Part shown: positions 1-11,240 of the stretch, piece by piece | Layout of the letters: every line of letters starts with the position of its first letter | Position numbering within the stretch: the first letter of the stretch is position 1 | Assembly (NCBI GenBank): GCA_963752035.1 | Contig: CAVVWZ010000065.1 | Span: 7,817-71,816, forward strand | Source of the DNA: an uncultured delta proteobacterium | GTDB taxonomy: Bacteria; Desulfobacterota; WTBG01 | DNA length: 64,000 nucleotides | Reading direction: 5' to 3' | Made by a program: the position numbers and the translations under genes | Notes under the pieces: generated by a model | Databases searched by the model: none | Told to the model about the DNA's origin: nothing | What the model saw: only the letters and a program-made list of their open reading frames with translations

Positions 1-1
1 G

Positions 2-220
2 CTTGGTGCTGCGGGAGGGGTGGAAGCAGTATATAGTATTCTTGCCATCAAGCACGGGATTATTCCACCCACCATCAATTATGAAACTCCTGATCCGGAG
101 TGTGATCTCGATTATGTTCCCAATGTTCCCCGGGAGGCAAAGGTGCGCACAGTCATGTCTAACTCTTTCGGGTTTGGCGGGACAAACGCCACACTGATCT
201 TTCGGGAATTTACCAACTGA
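2..220 (+). CDS. fabF: 3-oxoacyl-[acyl-carrier-protein] synthase II, C-terminal fragment (gene starts upstream of window)
   Basis: Frame-2 ORF open from window edge; translation ...[31 protein letters not shown]...[13 protein letters not shown] is the conserved KAS-II C-terminus. Confidence 0.8.
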   Translation, partial: LGAAGGVEAVYSILAIKHGIIPPTINYETPDPECDLDYVPNVPREAKVRTVMSNSFGFGGTNATLIFREFTN

Positions 221-230
221 TGTTAGCTCT

Positions 231-683
231 ATGAAAATATGTATTGGCTGTGATCACAGGGGTATTGATCTCAAAGAGAGGTTAAAAGCATTCTTAGATA
301 AAGAAGGGTGTACTGTTGTTGATAAGGGTACCTCAAGTGAAGAATCGGCTGACTATCCTGATTTTGGTGCCCTGGTTTCGAAGGATGTTTCGCAGGGTGT
401 GTGTGATCGAGGGGTTCTCATTTGCAGTACCGGTGTGGGCATGTCAGTAGTGGCCAATAAATTTCCCCACGTGAGGGCAGCCCTCTGTGCGGATGTTGCT
501 ACAGCCAGGCAGTCTCGTGAACATATTGATGCCAATGTACTGGTATTGGCGGGAAGTCGCATTGATGATGAAACAGCCAGTCTGATCGTAAAAACCTGGC
601 TGGAGACACCCTTTGAGGGTGGACGACATCAAAGAAGATTAGAAAAAATTGCACAGATTGAAGAACAGCTCTTCAAGGCCTGA
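231..683 (+). CDS. rpiB: ribose-5-phosphate isomerase B (RpiB/LacAB family)
   Basis: 150 aa; MKICIGCDHRGIDLKERL...GVLICSTGVGMSVVANKF motifs typical of RpiB. Confidence 0.85.
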   Translation: MKICIGCDHRGIDLKERLKAFLDKEGCTVVDKGTSSEESADYPDFGALVSKDVSQGVCDRGVLICSTGVGMSVVANKFPHVRAALCADVATARQSREHIDANVLVLAGSRIDDETASLIVKTWLETPFEGGRHQRRLEKIAQIEEQLFKA

Positions 684-766
684 CCGCTATTCCTGGATAC
701 ATCTCTTCTTAACAGGCTTCCCACCGCTCCGTCTATAAATCCTTAGTTTTTATACAATGTGAAGTC

Positions 767-1222
767 ATGACACGACCAAGCTGGGAAAGATATTTCATGG
801 ATATAACCCACCTGGTAGCTAAACGTTCTACCTGTATAAGACGTCAGGTCGGGGCTATCCTGGTAAAAGATAAGAGGGTTTTAGCTACCGGCTATAACGG
901 GGCTCCTTCAGGCATAGCACATTGTCTGGATGTTGGCTGTCTCAGGGAACAGAATAAGGTTCCCTCGGGTGAGCGGCATGAACTCTGCAGAGGTTCACAC
1001 GCTGAACAAAATGCTATCGTGCAGGCAGCTGCTCACGGCACCTCCATAAAAGATGCCGTTCTTTTTTGCACCAATCTTCCCTGCAGTATTTGCATCAAGA
1101 TGATTATCAACGCGGGCATAAAATCCGTTTTTTACGAAGATGGATATCCTGACAGCTTGTCCGAGGACCTGATTAAAGAAGCAGGGTTGACATTGACAAA
1201 CATTCAAAAAAGTGTAAAATAG
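767..1222 (+). CDS. dCMP/CMP deaminase (zinc-binding cytidine/deoxycytidylate deaminase family)
   Basis: 151 aa; HAEQNAI ... [18 protein letters not shown] zinc-ligand motifs (H-A-E, PC..C). Confidence 0.75.
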   Translation: MTRPSWERYFMDITHLVAKRSTCIRRQVGAILVKDKRVLATGYNGAPSGIAHCLDVGCLREQNKVPSGERHELCRGSHAEQNAIVQAAAHGTSIKDAVLFCTNLPCSICIKMIINAGIKSVFYEDGYPDSLSEDLIKEAGLTLTNIQKSVK

Positions 1223-1331
1223 AAAATCTATTTTCCTCCCTTACCCACAGCTAATAGATTCTCCCATCTGCTATACGTAATGATAGTCCTCAAAGGTGTA
1301 CTGACCTACTTAATAACAAAGGAGAAAGACC

Positions 1332-1820
1332 ATGAAGTGTCCCTTTTGCATCAGCTTGGATAATAAGGTGATCGATTCACGCTTGAGCAAGGATGGAACG
1401 GTGGTAAGACGACGCCGGGAATGCATTGAGTGCCAGCGGCGTTTTACTACCCATGAACGGGTTGAAGAAATGCTGCCGGTTGTAATCAAAAAAAATAGCA
1501 GGAGGGAAATTTTTGATCGTGGCAAAATCCTTTCAGGTGTTCAGAAGGCCTGCTCTAATCTTCCCATCAGTATTGAATCCATCGAGGGCTTGGTAGACCG
1601 GGTTGAGCGGTACTTTCAGGACAGGGGAGATAAAGAAATTGATTGTACCGAAATCGGGGAAGTTGTCATGCGTGAACTCAATCAGCTCGATGCAGTTGCC
1701 TACGTGAGATTTGCTTCAGTCTACCGTCAGTTCAAGGACATTACTGAATTTATGACTGAAATAAAAGAGCTGTTAAGCACACGGGAAGATAAGGGACGAA
1801 AAAAGGGACAGAAAGGGTAA
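1332..1820 (+). CDS. nrdR: transcriptional repressor NrdR
   Basis: 162 aa; N-terminal zinc ribbon MKCPFC...[16 protein letters not shown] plus ATP-cone; SD-like GGAG upstream. Confidence 0.9.
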   Translation: MKCPFCISLDNKVIDSRLSKDGTVVRRRRECIECQRRFTTHERVEEMLPVVIKKNSRREIFDRGKILSGVQKACSNLPISIESIEGLVDRVERYFQDRGDKEIDCTEIGEVVMRELNQLDAVAYVRFASVYRQFKDITEFMTEIKELLSTREDKGRKKGQKG

Positions 1821-1831
1821 AGGGATTATGA

Positions 1832-2963
1832 ATGTTTGAAACCTATATGAAGGTTGCTATTGCTCAGGCCAAAAAGGCCCGTGGCAGAGTTAGTCCCAAT
1901 CCTCTGGTAGGTGCGGTTGTTGTTAAGAAGGGTGAAATAGTAGGTATGGGCTACCACCATCGAGCGGGCAGCCCCCATGCTGAAATCCATGCCCTGGCTA
2001 CGTGCGGGGCGAAAAGCCCGTAATGCTGATCTGTATGTTACCCTTGAACCCTGCTGTCACTATGGAAGGACCCCTCCCTGTGTGGACGCTATTGTAGAGA
2101 ACAACATCAAGAATGTTATTATTGGCATGACTGATCCTAATCCCCTTGTTTCAGGGAAAGGAGTGGCACGTCTCAGAAAAGCAGGGATCGGTGTTGAGAG
2201 TGGTATTTTAGAGGAAGAGTGCAGAAGGTTAAATGAAGTTTATATTAAATATATTACCCGGAAAACTCCCTTTGTTATCCTCAAAGTTGCTTCTACCCTC
2301 GATGGTAACATTGCAACCAGGACCGGAGATTCCCGTGGTATCAGCTGCGAGCAATCTCTTCGGGTTGTGCACCAACTGCGGGACCAGGTTGATGCCATAA
2401 TGGTGGGAATCGGAACTGTCAAGGCCGATGACCCGCTCCTTACCACGAGATTGCAAAGGAAAACAGGGAAAGACCCTATACGGATTATTGTGGACAGTTC
2501 TTTGAGTATCTCACCCCGGGCAAAGGTGTTTAATCGGGGTTCTGAGGCCGGTGTTATTGTTGCAACTACAAACAGGGCTTCCCTTCGGAAGAAGGAACAC
2601 CTTGAACAGATGGGGGTCCGGATTATCTCCGTAGCTTCAAAAGGCGGTGCTGTTAGCCTGAAACCCTTGATGAGAGCTCTTGGTAAATTAGAAGTTACCA
2701 GTATCTTGCTTGAAGGAGGAACACGGCTTATTACCTCCGCCCTCAATGAAGACATAGTAGATAAAATCTTTTTTTTCTATGCCCCCAAGATACTGGGTGG
2801 TAGACTGGCTCATGGTATCACTGCCGGAAAAGGTGTTGATAAAATCAGGCAGGCACTTAAAGTACGGGACTTAACGGTGAAGAAATGTGGTGATGATGTC
2901 CTTGTAGAAGGCTATTTGAAGAAAAAGGGTGCCGGGTTCAGGGTGCAGGATAACATCAGATAG
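1832..2963 (+). CDS. ribD: bifunctional riboflavin biosynthesis deaminase/reductase RibD, interrupted by a +1 frameshift near 1995-2010
   Basis: ORF 1832-2023 carries HAEIHAL then stops; overlapping ORF 1977-2963 continues with AGRKARNADLYVTLEPCCHYGRTPPC and the reductase domain; the two frames join to a normal RibD. Confidence 0.8.
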
Positions 2964-3052
2964 CAATGTAAATGCAGAGTAAATTACAAGATCCACAAAT
3001 AGATGCAAGACGCATGATGCAGGATAAAGGACGTGATGCGAGTATGGGAAGT

Positions 3053-3691
3053 ATGTTTACGGGATTGATAGAGGATATAGGTACCATTGAAAAGCTGGAG
3101 AGGAAAGGGGAGGGTGCACTGCTGGTGTTGAGCCATACCGCTGTGCTTGATGATCTGAAACTGGGTGATAGTGTTGCTGTGGATGGTGTGTGTCTTACCA
3201 TTACTGAATTGGGTGCTCAAAGCTTCAGTGCCGAAGCATCTGCTGAAACAATGCGGAGAACTACTCTTGATAATAAAAAACCCCATGAACAGGTTAATTT
3301 AGAACGTGCACTCAGGCTCACTGATCGTCTCGGTGGTCATCTGGTAACCGGGCATGTGGATGAAGTAGGGACGATTGTTTCAGCAGTACCGGAAGGGAGT
3401 TCTTGGAAGATTACCATTACCGTAAGCCCGAAAACTACCCGCTATATTGTAGAAAAAGGCTCTGTAGCTGTAGATGGTATCAGCCTTACCGTTAATGAAG
3501 TAAGGGATGATCGTTTCAGTGTCAATATTATTCCCTATACAGGCGCACAAACAACCTTAATTACCAAGCGGACAGGCAATAAAGTTAATATCGAAACTGA
3601 CATTATTGGTAAATACCTTGAGAGGCTTGTTGACAGGAAGCCTCAAGGGAAGCTGGATGCCCGCTTTTTAGCCGAGCATGGCTTTTTATAG
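3053..3691 (+). CDS. ribE: riboflavin synthase alpha subunit (start taken at MFTGLIEDIGT; ORF is open from 2972)
   Basis: MFTGLIEDIGTIEK...two lumazine-binding repeats; GGGAAG SD-like before ATG 3053. Confidence 0.8.
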   Translation: MFTGLIEDIGTIEKLERKGEGALLVLSHTAVLDDLKLGDSVAVDGVCLTITELGAQSFSAEASAETMRRTTLDNKKPHEQVNLERALRLTDRLGGHLVTGHVDEVGTIVSAVPEGSSWKITITVSPKTTRYIVEKGSVAVDGISLTVNEVRDDRFSVNIIPYTGAQTTLITKRTGNKVNIETDIIGKYLERLVDRKPQGKLDARFLAEHGFL

Positions 3692-3825
3692 AAAAATAGG
3701 ATATACTTTTACTGTAATTTATTTTCACATGAGATTGCCGCACCTAACGGGCTCGCAAAGGCTAGAAAAAAGAAATGAAACTCTGATGAACTCAGTAGTG
3801 TGTGGCAGGTAAGGGAGGAACTGGC

Positions 3826-5031
3826 ATGTCAATAAGTACTGTTCAGGAAGCACTTGAGGATATCAAGCAGGGAAAAATGGTTATCCTCTGTGACAACGAA
3901 GACCGGGAAAACGAAGGTGATTTGACCATGGCTGCGGAGAAAGTTACGCCGGAGGCAATCAATTTCATGGCAAAATATGGAAGAGGACTTATCTGCCTTT
4001 CCTTAACCGAAGAACATATAGCTCAGCTTGAGCTGCCCATGATGGTTGAGGACAACACCTCTGCCTTTGAAACTGCTTTTACAATTTCAATTGATGCTAA
4101 AAAGGGAACGACTACGGGTATATCGGCGGAAGATAGAGCTGTTACTATTCTCGCTGCTATTGCTGACGATGCGAAACCGGACGATTTGGCCCGTCCGGGT
4201 CATATCTTTCCCTTAAAGTCGCGAAAGGGTGGAGTGCTGTTGAGAACAGGGCAGACAGAAGGGTCGGTTGACCTTGCGCGCATGGCGGGATTAAAGCCCG
4301 CTGGTGTCATCTGTGAAATTATGAAGGACGACGGCACCATGGCCCGCATGCCTGATCTGGAATTGTTTGCTAAGGAACATGGATTGAAAATTATAACCAT
4401 CGCTGATCTGATCAACTACAGGCTGCAGTTTGAATCCCTTGTCAGGCGGGTTGTTACCACTACTATGCCTACCTGCTACGGTGGTGAATTCAATGCAATA
4501 ATTTACGAAAGTCAAGTAGAGCACAATCAGCATATCGCTCTTTTCAAGGGAACATGGAGTGAAGATGACGAGGTGCTGGTGAGGGTCCATTCCGAATGCC
4601 TTACCGGTGATGCCCTGGGATCTGAGCGGTGTGACTGCGGTGAGCAATTGCATGCAGCCATGAAGAAGATAGATGATGAGGGAAAAGGGGTGATTGTTTA
4701 TATGCGGCAGGAAGGGCGTGGCATTGGATTTGTGAATAAGATGAAGGCCTATGCCCTCCAGGATGAAGGAAAAGATACGGTTGAAGCAAACGAGGCACTC
4801 GGTTTTGAGCCCGACCTTAGGGATTATGGAGTGGGCGCTCAGATCATTCGTGACCTGGGGATCCGTAAAATGCGTTTGATGACCAATAATCCGAAAAAAA
4901 TTGTTGGTCTGGAAGGATATGGTTTGATTGTTAGCGAGCGGGTTGCCATGGAAATGGAACCAAAGGGAACTAACGTGAGGTATTTAAAAACAAAGCAAAA
5001 AAAGTTGGGACATCTCTTGAATGTTGACTGA
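3826..5031 (+). CDS. ribBA: bifunctional 3,4-dihydroxy-2-butanone-4-phosphate synthase / GTP cyclohydrolase II
   Basis: DHBP synthase N-domain ([13 protein letters not shown]) and GCH-II C-domain (HSECLTGD...CDCG); GGAGG 7 nt before ATG at 3826. Confidence 0.9.
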   Translation: MSISTVQEALEDIKQGKMVILCDNEDRENEGDLTMAAEKVTPEAINFMAKYGRGLICLSLTEEHIAQLELPMMVEDNTSAFETAFTISIDAKKGTTTGISAEDRAVTILAAIADDAKPDDLARPGHIFPLKSRKGGVLLRTGQTEGSVDLARMAGLKPAGVICEIMKDDGTMARMPDLELFAKEHGLKIITIADLINYRLQFESLVRRVVTTTMPTCYGGEFNAIIYESQVEHNQHIALFKGTWSEDDEVLVRVHSECLTGDALGSERCDCGEQLHAAMKKIDDEGKGVIVYMRQEGRGIGFVNKMKAYALQDEGKDTVEANEALGFEPDLRDYGVGAQIIRDLGIRKMRLMTNNPKKIVGLEGYGLIVSERVAMEMEPKGTNVRYLKTKQKKLGHLLNVD

Positions 5032-5212
5032 GCAGTCTTCGGTAATTGGGAACTGTCAAGGCCTCGTGAAAAGAATAAGAAACTATGAAACCACAGAGCG
5101 CACAGAGGAAAACTCTGTGTTCTCAAAAGAATCTTTCTTAATAGATATGTTGATTCTCTGTGTTCTCTGTGGTGTGGTTTTACAATACTGATAAGTTCAT
5201 AAGGAGGGAAGT

Positions 5213-5680
5213 ATGGCAAAGAAGATTATAGAAGGGGCATTAAATGCCAAAGGGATGAGATTTTCCATTGTGGTCTCCCGTTTCAATGATTTTATTAATT
5301 CAAAACTGTTGGATGGTGCTCTGGACGGACTTTCACGGCATGGGGCAGATGATGACAACATTTCCATTGTAAGGGTTCCAGGGTCGTTTGAAATTCCGCT
5401 GGTGGCACAAAAATTGGCTAATTCGGGGAACTTCGATGCCATCATTTGTTTAGGAGCGGTCATACGGGGTGCTACTCCCCATTTTGAGTACATTAGCGCA
5501 GAGGTTACCAAGGGTATCGCTAAAGTAACCCTTGATTCCGGTATTCCTGTTTCCTTCGGTATACTAACCACAGATAACATCGAACAGGCAATAGAGCGGG
5601 CAGGCACCAAGTCTGGCAATAAAGGGTGGGATGCAGCCTTAGCAGCTGTTGAAATGGTTAATCTCTTAAAAGCAGTTTAA
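5213..5680 (+). CDS. ribH: 6,7-dimethyl-8-ribityllumazine synthase
   Basis: 155 aa; [14 protein letters not shown]...VPGSFEIPL; AAGGAGGG SD upstream. Confidence 0.9.
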   Translation: MAKKIIEGALNAKGMRFSIVVSRFNDFINSKLLDGALDGLSRHGADDDNISIVRVPGSFEIPLVAQKLANSGNFDAIICLGAVIRGATPHFEYISAEVTKGIAKVTLDSGIPVSFGILTTDNIEQAIERAGTKSGNKGWDAALAAVEMVNLLKAV

Positions 5681-5711
5681 CAGATACTATACTTCCCGGG
5701 GAGACTGTGCG

Positions 5712-6140
5712 TTGGGGAAGAGATCAAAATCAAGAGAGATTGCCCTGCAGGTTCTCTATCAAATTGATATGGGTGAGGGAGATGCTGATGAGGCCTTTAA
5801 TCTTTTCTGGCATCACTTTACACCTTCAGAGAATCTGAAAGACTTTTCACGGCTGATTGTCCAGGGGGTGCATCACCATCTTGAGGAGATTGATGCCATC
5901 ATTGAGCACTATTCTGAACATTGGCGGTTGAAGCGGATGACCATTGTTGACAGGAATATTCTGCGTTCAGCAATTTATGAATTACTCTTCTGCGCTGATG
6001 TTCCGACCAAGGTTGTCCTCAATGAAGCTGTTGAGCTGGGGAAGAAATTTGGTTCGAATAAGTCAGGATCATTTGTCAATGGTATTCTCGATAAAGTAGC
6101 CCACCGCATAGACAGAGTACAAGCCTCCGAAGCACCGTAA
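5712..6140 (+). CDS. nusB: transcription antitermination factor NusB (TTG start in ORF track)
   Basis: SREIALQVLYQID...NGILDKV NusB signature; conserved position after ribH. Confidence 0.85.
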   Translation: MGKRSKSREIALQVLYQIDMGEGDADEAFNLFWHHFTPSENLKDFSRLIVQGVHHHLEEIDAIIEHYSEHWRLKRMTIVDRNILRSAIYELLFCADVPTKVVLNEAVELGKKFGSNKSGSFVNGILDKVAHRIDRVQASEAP

Positions 6141-6248
6141 ACCAATGGGAGATTCATGAGTAATAACAAATACTTGCACATCTTTTTTTATTTTTTAGTC
6201 CTCTTGCAAGCACCTCAAAAAATCTCAAGAAAACTTACCACAACTTAA

Positions 6249-6601
6249 TCAAATCCCCCAATTCCACCGCAGTTTTCCCGCAATTTTGGAGGTCATTAAC
6301 AGCTCTCTTGCATATAAAGCAGATGTGCTCACTTGTTTGGTGTGAGGAAAGGTTAGTTGGGTAAAAGTTGAATAGAGGATATTTGTTTTTCTAATAGTAT
6401 CACAGGGCCTTATAATTTTAAACGTGTCACCTGCTGTACACGTTCCTCCATTTGGCCCATTAGGAATGTCAGGACAGTTATCATCATTATCAAAAAATCC
6501 ATCGTCATCGGTATCAGGGACAGATGTTGCACTTGGGCTTTCTGGATAACCATATAAGCTAATTTGCAGGATATTACTTTTTTACGATTTTTGATTGACA
6601 A
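6249..6601 (-). pseudogene. start-less/frameshifted ORF encoding a thrombospondin-type-3-like Ca-binding motif (DTDDDGFFDNDDNCPDIPNGPNGG)
   Basis: Minus-strand reading frame open about 115 codons to TGA at 6249-6251 with no ATG; only a TTG ORF (6410-6601) in an adjacent frame. Confidence 0.3.
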
Positions 6602-6685
6602 ACCAGTATTAATTGAATTATCTAATAAGTAATAAGCATTTGCAATGAAACTTTTTTTTAATTAACATGCATTAAAGGAGGGAAC

Positions 6686-7641
6686 ATGAAAAAAATCAGC
6701 TACGTAACCTTATTTGTATTCTTACTAGTTTCTGCAGGATGTGCGAACATGTCACAAAAAACCAAGTGTGTTATGAAAACTGCAGCAACGGGTGCAGTAG
6801 TTGGTGCAGGTGGAGGTGCAGCGCCGACAGTGATGGCGGTAATAGGAGGCAGGCAGCAATCGGATTTGGTGCAGGTGCACTTGTTGGTGGTTTAGTGGGA
6901 CTGCTGGTCTGCCAGGGAGACGTGGATACAGACGGAGATGGTGTACCCGATGACCGCGACAAGTGTCCTAACACACCACCTGGCTGTCCGGTAGATGAAA
7001 ATGGCTGTGCCAAGGACACAGACGGTGATGGCGTAAAAGACTGTGTCGACAAGTGCCCGAACACACCGAAGGACTGTCGTCCGGTAGATGCAAATGGCTG
7101 TGCTAAGGACACCGACGGTGACGGCGTAAAAGACTGTATCGACAAGTGCCCGAACACACCGAAGGACTGTAAGCCGGTAGATAAGAATGGCTGTGCCGCT
7201 GACTCCGACGGTGACGGTGTAAATGACTGCCTGGATAAATGTAAGGGAACTCCTAAAAATACCAAGGTAGATAAGAACGGATGTCCTCCTGTTGGTGAGG
7301 AACTGCTGATTCTTACCGGTATAAACTTTGCGTTTGACAGTGCAAAACTGGACAAAGCTTCAGAAACAATCATTGACAGGGCTGTTCAAAACCTCAAGAG
7401 AAATCCAAAGATGAGCGTGCTCATAGAAGGTCATACCGACAGCGTTGGTGCTGAAGACTATAATATGGGACTTTCGGTTCGCAGGGCCCAGGCGGTGAAA
7501 GATTATATTGTTTCTCAGGGTATTGCGAAAGAAAGACTGAGCATAAAGGGTTTCGGTGAGTCACAACCTCTGGAATCTAACGACACCAAGGAAGGAAGAG
7601 CGCAAAACAGGCGGGTTGAGTTTGTAGTGCTTACAAAATGA
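6686..7641 (+). CDS. OmpA-family outer-membrane lipoprotein with four thrombospondin-type-3 (DxDxDGxxDxxDxCP) repeats; frameshift near 6830-6870
   Basis: Lipoprotein signal MKKISYVTLFVFLLVSAGC in ORF 6686-6895; second frame 6739-7641 carries Gly-zipper, 4 TSP3 repeats and C-terminal OmpA domain (IEGHTDSVG..YN..LS..RA). Confidence 0.75.
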
Positions 7642-7710
7642 TGAATTAGCTCAGGTGTTACTCTATTTTTACGGCATAGAGCTACATTTCTCGTTTATAC
7701 ATAAACCGGA

Positions 7711-7747
7711 GCAGGGGCTTTAGGAAAAGTCCCTGCTTTTCGTTTGT
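7711..7747 (+). terminator. rho-independent terminator candidate downstream of nusB
   Basis: GCAGGG(7711-7716)...CCCTGC(7731-7736) stem followed by TTTTCGTTTGT. Confidence 0.45.
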
Positions 7748-7904
7748 GCGCCCGGCAGGGCGCACCTACTTGGAGGTGCAAGTCCTCTACCGACCCGACA
7801 GGGGGAATGGTTAGCTTAACGGCAAGGAGTCCATCGCGAGGTGGAATCCGAGAGGTAGAAGCTGGGTGCTTATAGGGCATCAGGTATTGAGGTCAAGAAA
7901 CAGA

Positions 7905-8846
7905 TTAACCCTGATAGTGTTTGTCTCCCCGAGACAACCCTTTCCATCTACGATTTGTCCATAACCACTGATCGGGATATTCCCTGATATAAAATTCTAT
8001 TCGCTTCGTAAAGGCACTGGTTATGGTACGAATGTCTTCTGATTGGTTCCCTGAGAGATTACACTGTAGCGCAGGTTCGATGATGATTTTGTGGGTGTTG
8101 TCCTTTTGCCGGACTATGAAAAGGGGAACAAGAGCTGCTCCTGTTCTGAGAGAGAGTACGGCCGGACCAACTGCAGTGGGTGTTTTGTGACCGAAAAAAT
8201 CTACCTCTACCCCGCCATGGCGTTTATATTCATCAGCGATGAGGCAAATAACCTGGTTTTTTCTCAAACAGCTTAACATCTTCTTCTGGCATGCCTTAAA
8301 GGGTGTGGTGGAAATCCACTTTTGCCCCAATTCTATCCTCACCTTGTCAAATATCCGTGCAAGTGGTTTATTCTCCGGGTCGTTAAGGAGCATATAAAAG
8401 GGGTAGTTTTCCTGTCTCATAAAGGATCCTAAAAGAATGAAGCTTCCAAAGTGTGCACTGAAGGCGATAACGCCCTTACCGCGGGCAAGGGCCTCATCCA
8501 GATGATGCTTTCCCTCGATGGTGGCAATGCCATCAACTTTTGAGCGGAAGCGGCTAGCCAGATAAGCACATTCGAAAATGCCTTTAAGCATATCCGTTCC
8601 CATCTTGTGTGCAATGTCTCTTTTCTCTTCATCCTGTAGGTGTGTGCCGAAGGCAACCTCCAGGTTGCCATAAGTAGTTCGCATATGCCTTTTTAAAAGG
8701 ACCCCTGCTGCAGTTGAGAGCCAGCTGGCAGAGGCATACGACACCTTGAGGGGGAGAAAAGGAATGATACGAAAGGGAATCAAGATTCCCAGTGCTGCAG
8801 ACCAATCTTTCACCCACCGTGCTGTTTTTTTGAGTGATTGTATCAT
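7905..8846 (-). CDS. lipid A biosynthesis lauroyl/myristoyl acyltransferase (LpxL/HtrB family)
   Basis: 313 aa; N-terminal TM, H-x4-D-type acyltransferase region (FSAHFGSF) and C-terminal YPDQWLWTNRRWK typical of HtrB/LpxL. Confidence 0.7.
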   Translation of the reverse strand: MIQSLKKTARWVKDWSAALGILIPFRIIPFLPLKVSYASASWLSTAAGVLLKRHMRTTYGNLEVAFGTHLQDEEKRDIAHKMGTDMLKGIFECAYLASRFRSKVDGIATIEGKHHLDEALARGKGVIAFSAHFGSFILLGSFMRQENYPFYMLLNDPENKPLARIFDKVRIELGQKWISTTPFKACQKKMLSCLRKNQVICLIADEYKRHGGVEVDFFGHKTPTAVGPAVLSLRTGAALVPLFIVRQKDNTHKIIIEPALQCNLSGNQSEDIRTITSAFTKRIEFYIREYPDQWLWTNRRWKGLSRGDKHYQG

Positions 8847-8963
8847 AACAGACGAGTTGCAGGATTGCTTGGAGTACAGGATATTGGATTAATTGATAAT
8901 CCTCAGTCACCAATCTTTCCCAGGTAAAGGATCTTCTCAATCCTAGATATTCTAGGCAATTTT

Positions 8964-9000
8964 ATTCTGACTTCTGACTCCTGTACTTCTGACATTCTGT
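8964..9000. repeat. heptamer array TTCTGAC-type (intergenic recJ/lpxL)
   Basis: ttctgac ttctgac tcctgta cttctga cattctg. Confidence 0.6.
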
Positions 9001-9189
9001 TGCAAGTTTGCAGTTTATTCCTCTACACACTTAATATCCCGTATCTTTAGCTGAACGTTCCTTGTTCCCTGCCACTCATTTATCTGGGGGATAAAGGCTA
9101 TTTTAACCTTTGTTTTACCCTGGGGGGAAGAGTTCGGGGCACCGTTCAGAACCGGAGAAAATCGCTCTGCCAGGTTGAATCCTATGGCG

Positions 9190-10786
9190 TCATAGGAGAA
9201 GACTCTCTTCTTTAATTTTCATCTTTAAATGACCCTTGCCAACCACCCGTGAGCTGTATGAGTCAAATGCCAAAGAGCTCAGGAGAGGTTCGGGATTGGA
9301 GAGGCCAAATGGTTCGAGCAGGGCAATTTCCTGTATCAGTTTTTCGGAAACATCCCGTAAATTGACCTCAGCATCAATCAGAATGGAAGGGACCTTTTCA
9401 ACTTGAGATATAGATTCAGAAACCACTTTATCAAAATGGTTCTGAAAGGCATCAAGCTGATCCAGTGAAATAGTAAGGCCTGCGGCGGCGCGATGACCCC
9501 CATAGTTGCTGAGCAGGTGAGCACATGCCTTCAATCCTTCATAGAGGTCAAATGAGTCGTGACTCCTTGCCGAACCCCTGCCTATACCCTTTTCTTCATT
9601 ACATGAGATGAGGATGGAGGGCTTGTAGTATTTATCAAGGAGTCGGGAAGCACAAATGCCCATTACCCCGGGGTGCCAGTCAGAGGCTGCAAGGACGATT
9701 GATTTACGTTCCTCCCATTTCGGGGTTGCTTCAAAGATTTTGCAAGCCTCCTTTACAATACGAGCTTCCAACTGCTGTCTTTGTGTGTTTTCCTGCTCTA
9801 GTTGGAGGGCCAGGTCCTCTGCTTTTTTGCGGTCCGTTGTGGTTAGTAATTCTACTGATCGGGCGGCCTGAGTCAAACGTCCCGGTGCATTGATTCTGGG
9901 GGCAAGCCTGAATGCCACGAGGTAAGAGGTGATAGTGGATGCTGAGAGCCCGCATACTTCCTTGAGTGCTTTTATGCCTATGCGATCTCCACGGGTCAGT
10001 TCCTGCAAACCGTATTTCACAAGGATACGGTTTTCATCAATAAGAGGCACCATATCTGCGATGGTGCCGAGTGCAACGAGATCCAGGTATTTTTTTAAGT
10101 TAGGTGCCGTTGTGCCGTTAAAAAATCCCTTATCCCGTAAACTTTTTCGCAGGCCCATGAGCAGGTTAAATGCCACTCCTACCCCTGCAAGTCCTTTAAA
10201 AGGGAAGGTGCAATCCCTGCGTTTGGGATTTATAACTGCATAAGCCGGGGGAAGCTGTTCGGGAACTTCATGATGATCAGTGATTATCACATCCATTCCG
10301 TTTTGCTGGGCAAAGTGAACCTGGTTTACTATCTGAAATCCCACAGTCAATGGTGATGAGAAGCTGTTTTCCCTGTTCACGAAGTTTTTCCAAAACCTGC
10401 TCATGTAAACCGTATCCCTCCTCAACCCTTCCCGGGATGAAGAATGAAACCTGGGCACCCACCTCTTGAAGGAAGAGAAACAGGAGAGAGGTTCCGGTTA
10501 CGCCATCAACATCATAATCCCCGTACAGGATAATCTGTTCCCCCTCTTTTATGGCATGACAGATGCGGTCAACGGCCTTTTCCATATCTTTCATTAAAAA
10601 AGGGGAATGGAGGTTGCTCAATTTGGGGGAAAGGAATATCTCGGCTTCTTCGGGTGTTGTTATATTGCGGCTGGCTAACAATTGAGACAAGAGCGGTGAA
10701 ATACCTAACTCTGGAGAAAGGCGCTGTTGAATGTCCTGGAATTGTGGGCGTAGTTCCCACTTTTTTTCGTGGTTTGTAATTTTCAC
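9190..10786 (-). CDS. recJ: single-stranded-DNA-specific exonuclease RecJ, interrupted by frameshift near 10330-10350
   Basis: ORF 10277-10786 has DHH motifs (ILYGDYDVDGVTG, ITIDCGIS); ORF 9190-10458 continues with VIITDHH, DHHA1 and OB region; frames join within GISD/IVNQVHF. Confidence 0.85.
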
Positions 10787-11240
10787 TGAGACTGTTCCCG
10801 CTTGTATCGACCAACAATCATCGGATAGTAAGTACCGTAATGTTCGGATTATTGTGCAAATCTTAGGTTGGGGAGCATAGTATCAAAATGAACTGCCAAG
10901 TCAAGGGGAGAAAAGGGCAGGGACAGGAGTCGCTGATTTTATGATATTTTTAGAATGTAAAAAAACCGGCAGGCCTCAATTTACGTAGGTGGTAGTATGT
11001 TGTGCTTTTTAGGGATGAATGGTGAGCACAAGATCTTATATGTTTGGCAGGGAGTAAAAAGACATGGGGATGGGTCAGACAATATTATGATAATCTATTT
11101 CATTTTATAGAACCAGATTTCATACATCCGCGGATCGGTTTTAAAACTTACATCCGATCAGACTTTGTGGATGCGATAAACTCCATTAGAAGAGGGTATT
11201 CCTTTATCAAAGCGGATATAAACTGGGGGAGGATGGTAGC

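Noticed and set aside
2240-2755. 171-aa minus-strand ORF inside ribD (and similar antisense ORFs at 4291-4653, 5197-5619, 6771-7373, 35119-35811, 40433-40852, 41452-41970, 43258-43965)
   Set aside because: They lie fully antisense to strongly supported conserved genes or repeat DNA, have no recognisable domains, and show repetitive low-complexity translations.
3692-3825. Looked for an FMN (RFN) riboswitch upstream of ribBA and upstream of ribD
   Set aside because: ribD abuts nrdR with no leader, and the 130-nt ribBA leader lacks the conserved RFN core (GGGGTGAAATTCC / CCGCGAGCG-like blocks).
7690-7900. RNase P RNA / other structured ncRNA: AGGAAAAGTCCCTGC and …ATAGGGCA resemble P4-region motifs
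   Set aside because: Only about 210 nt is available and the motifs are in the wrong order and spacing. The 5' part is better explained as the nusB intrinsic terminator plus a GC hairpin (GTGCGCCC-GGCA-GGGCGCAC).
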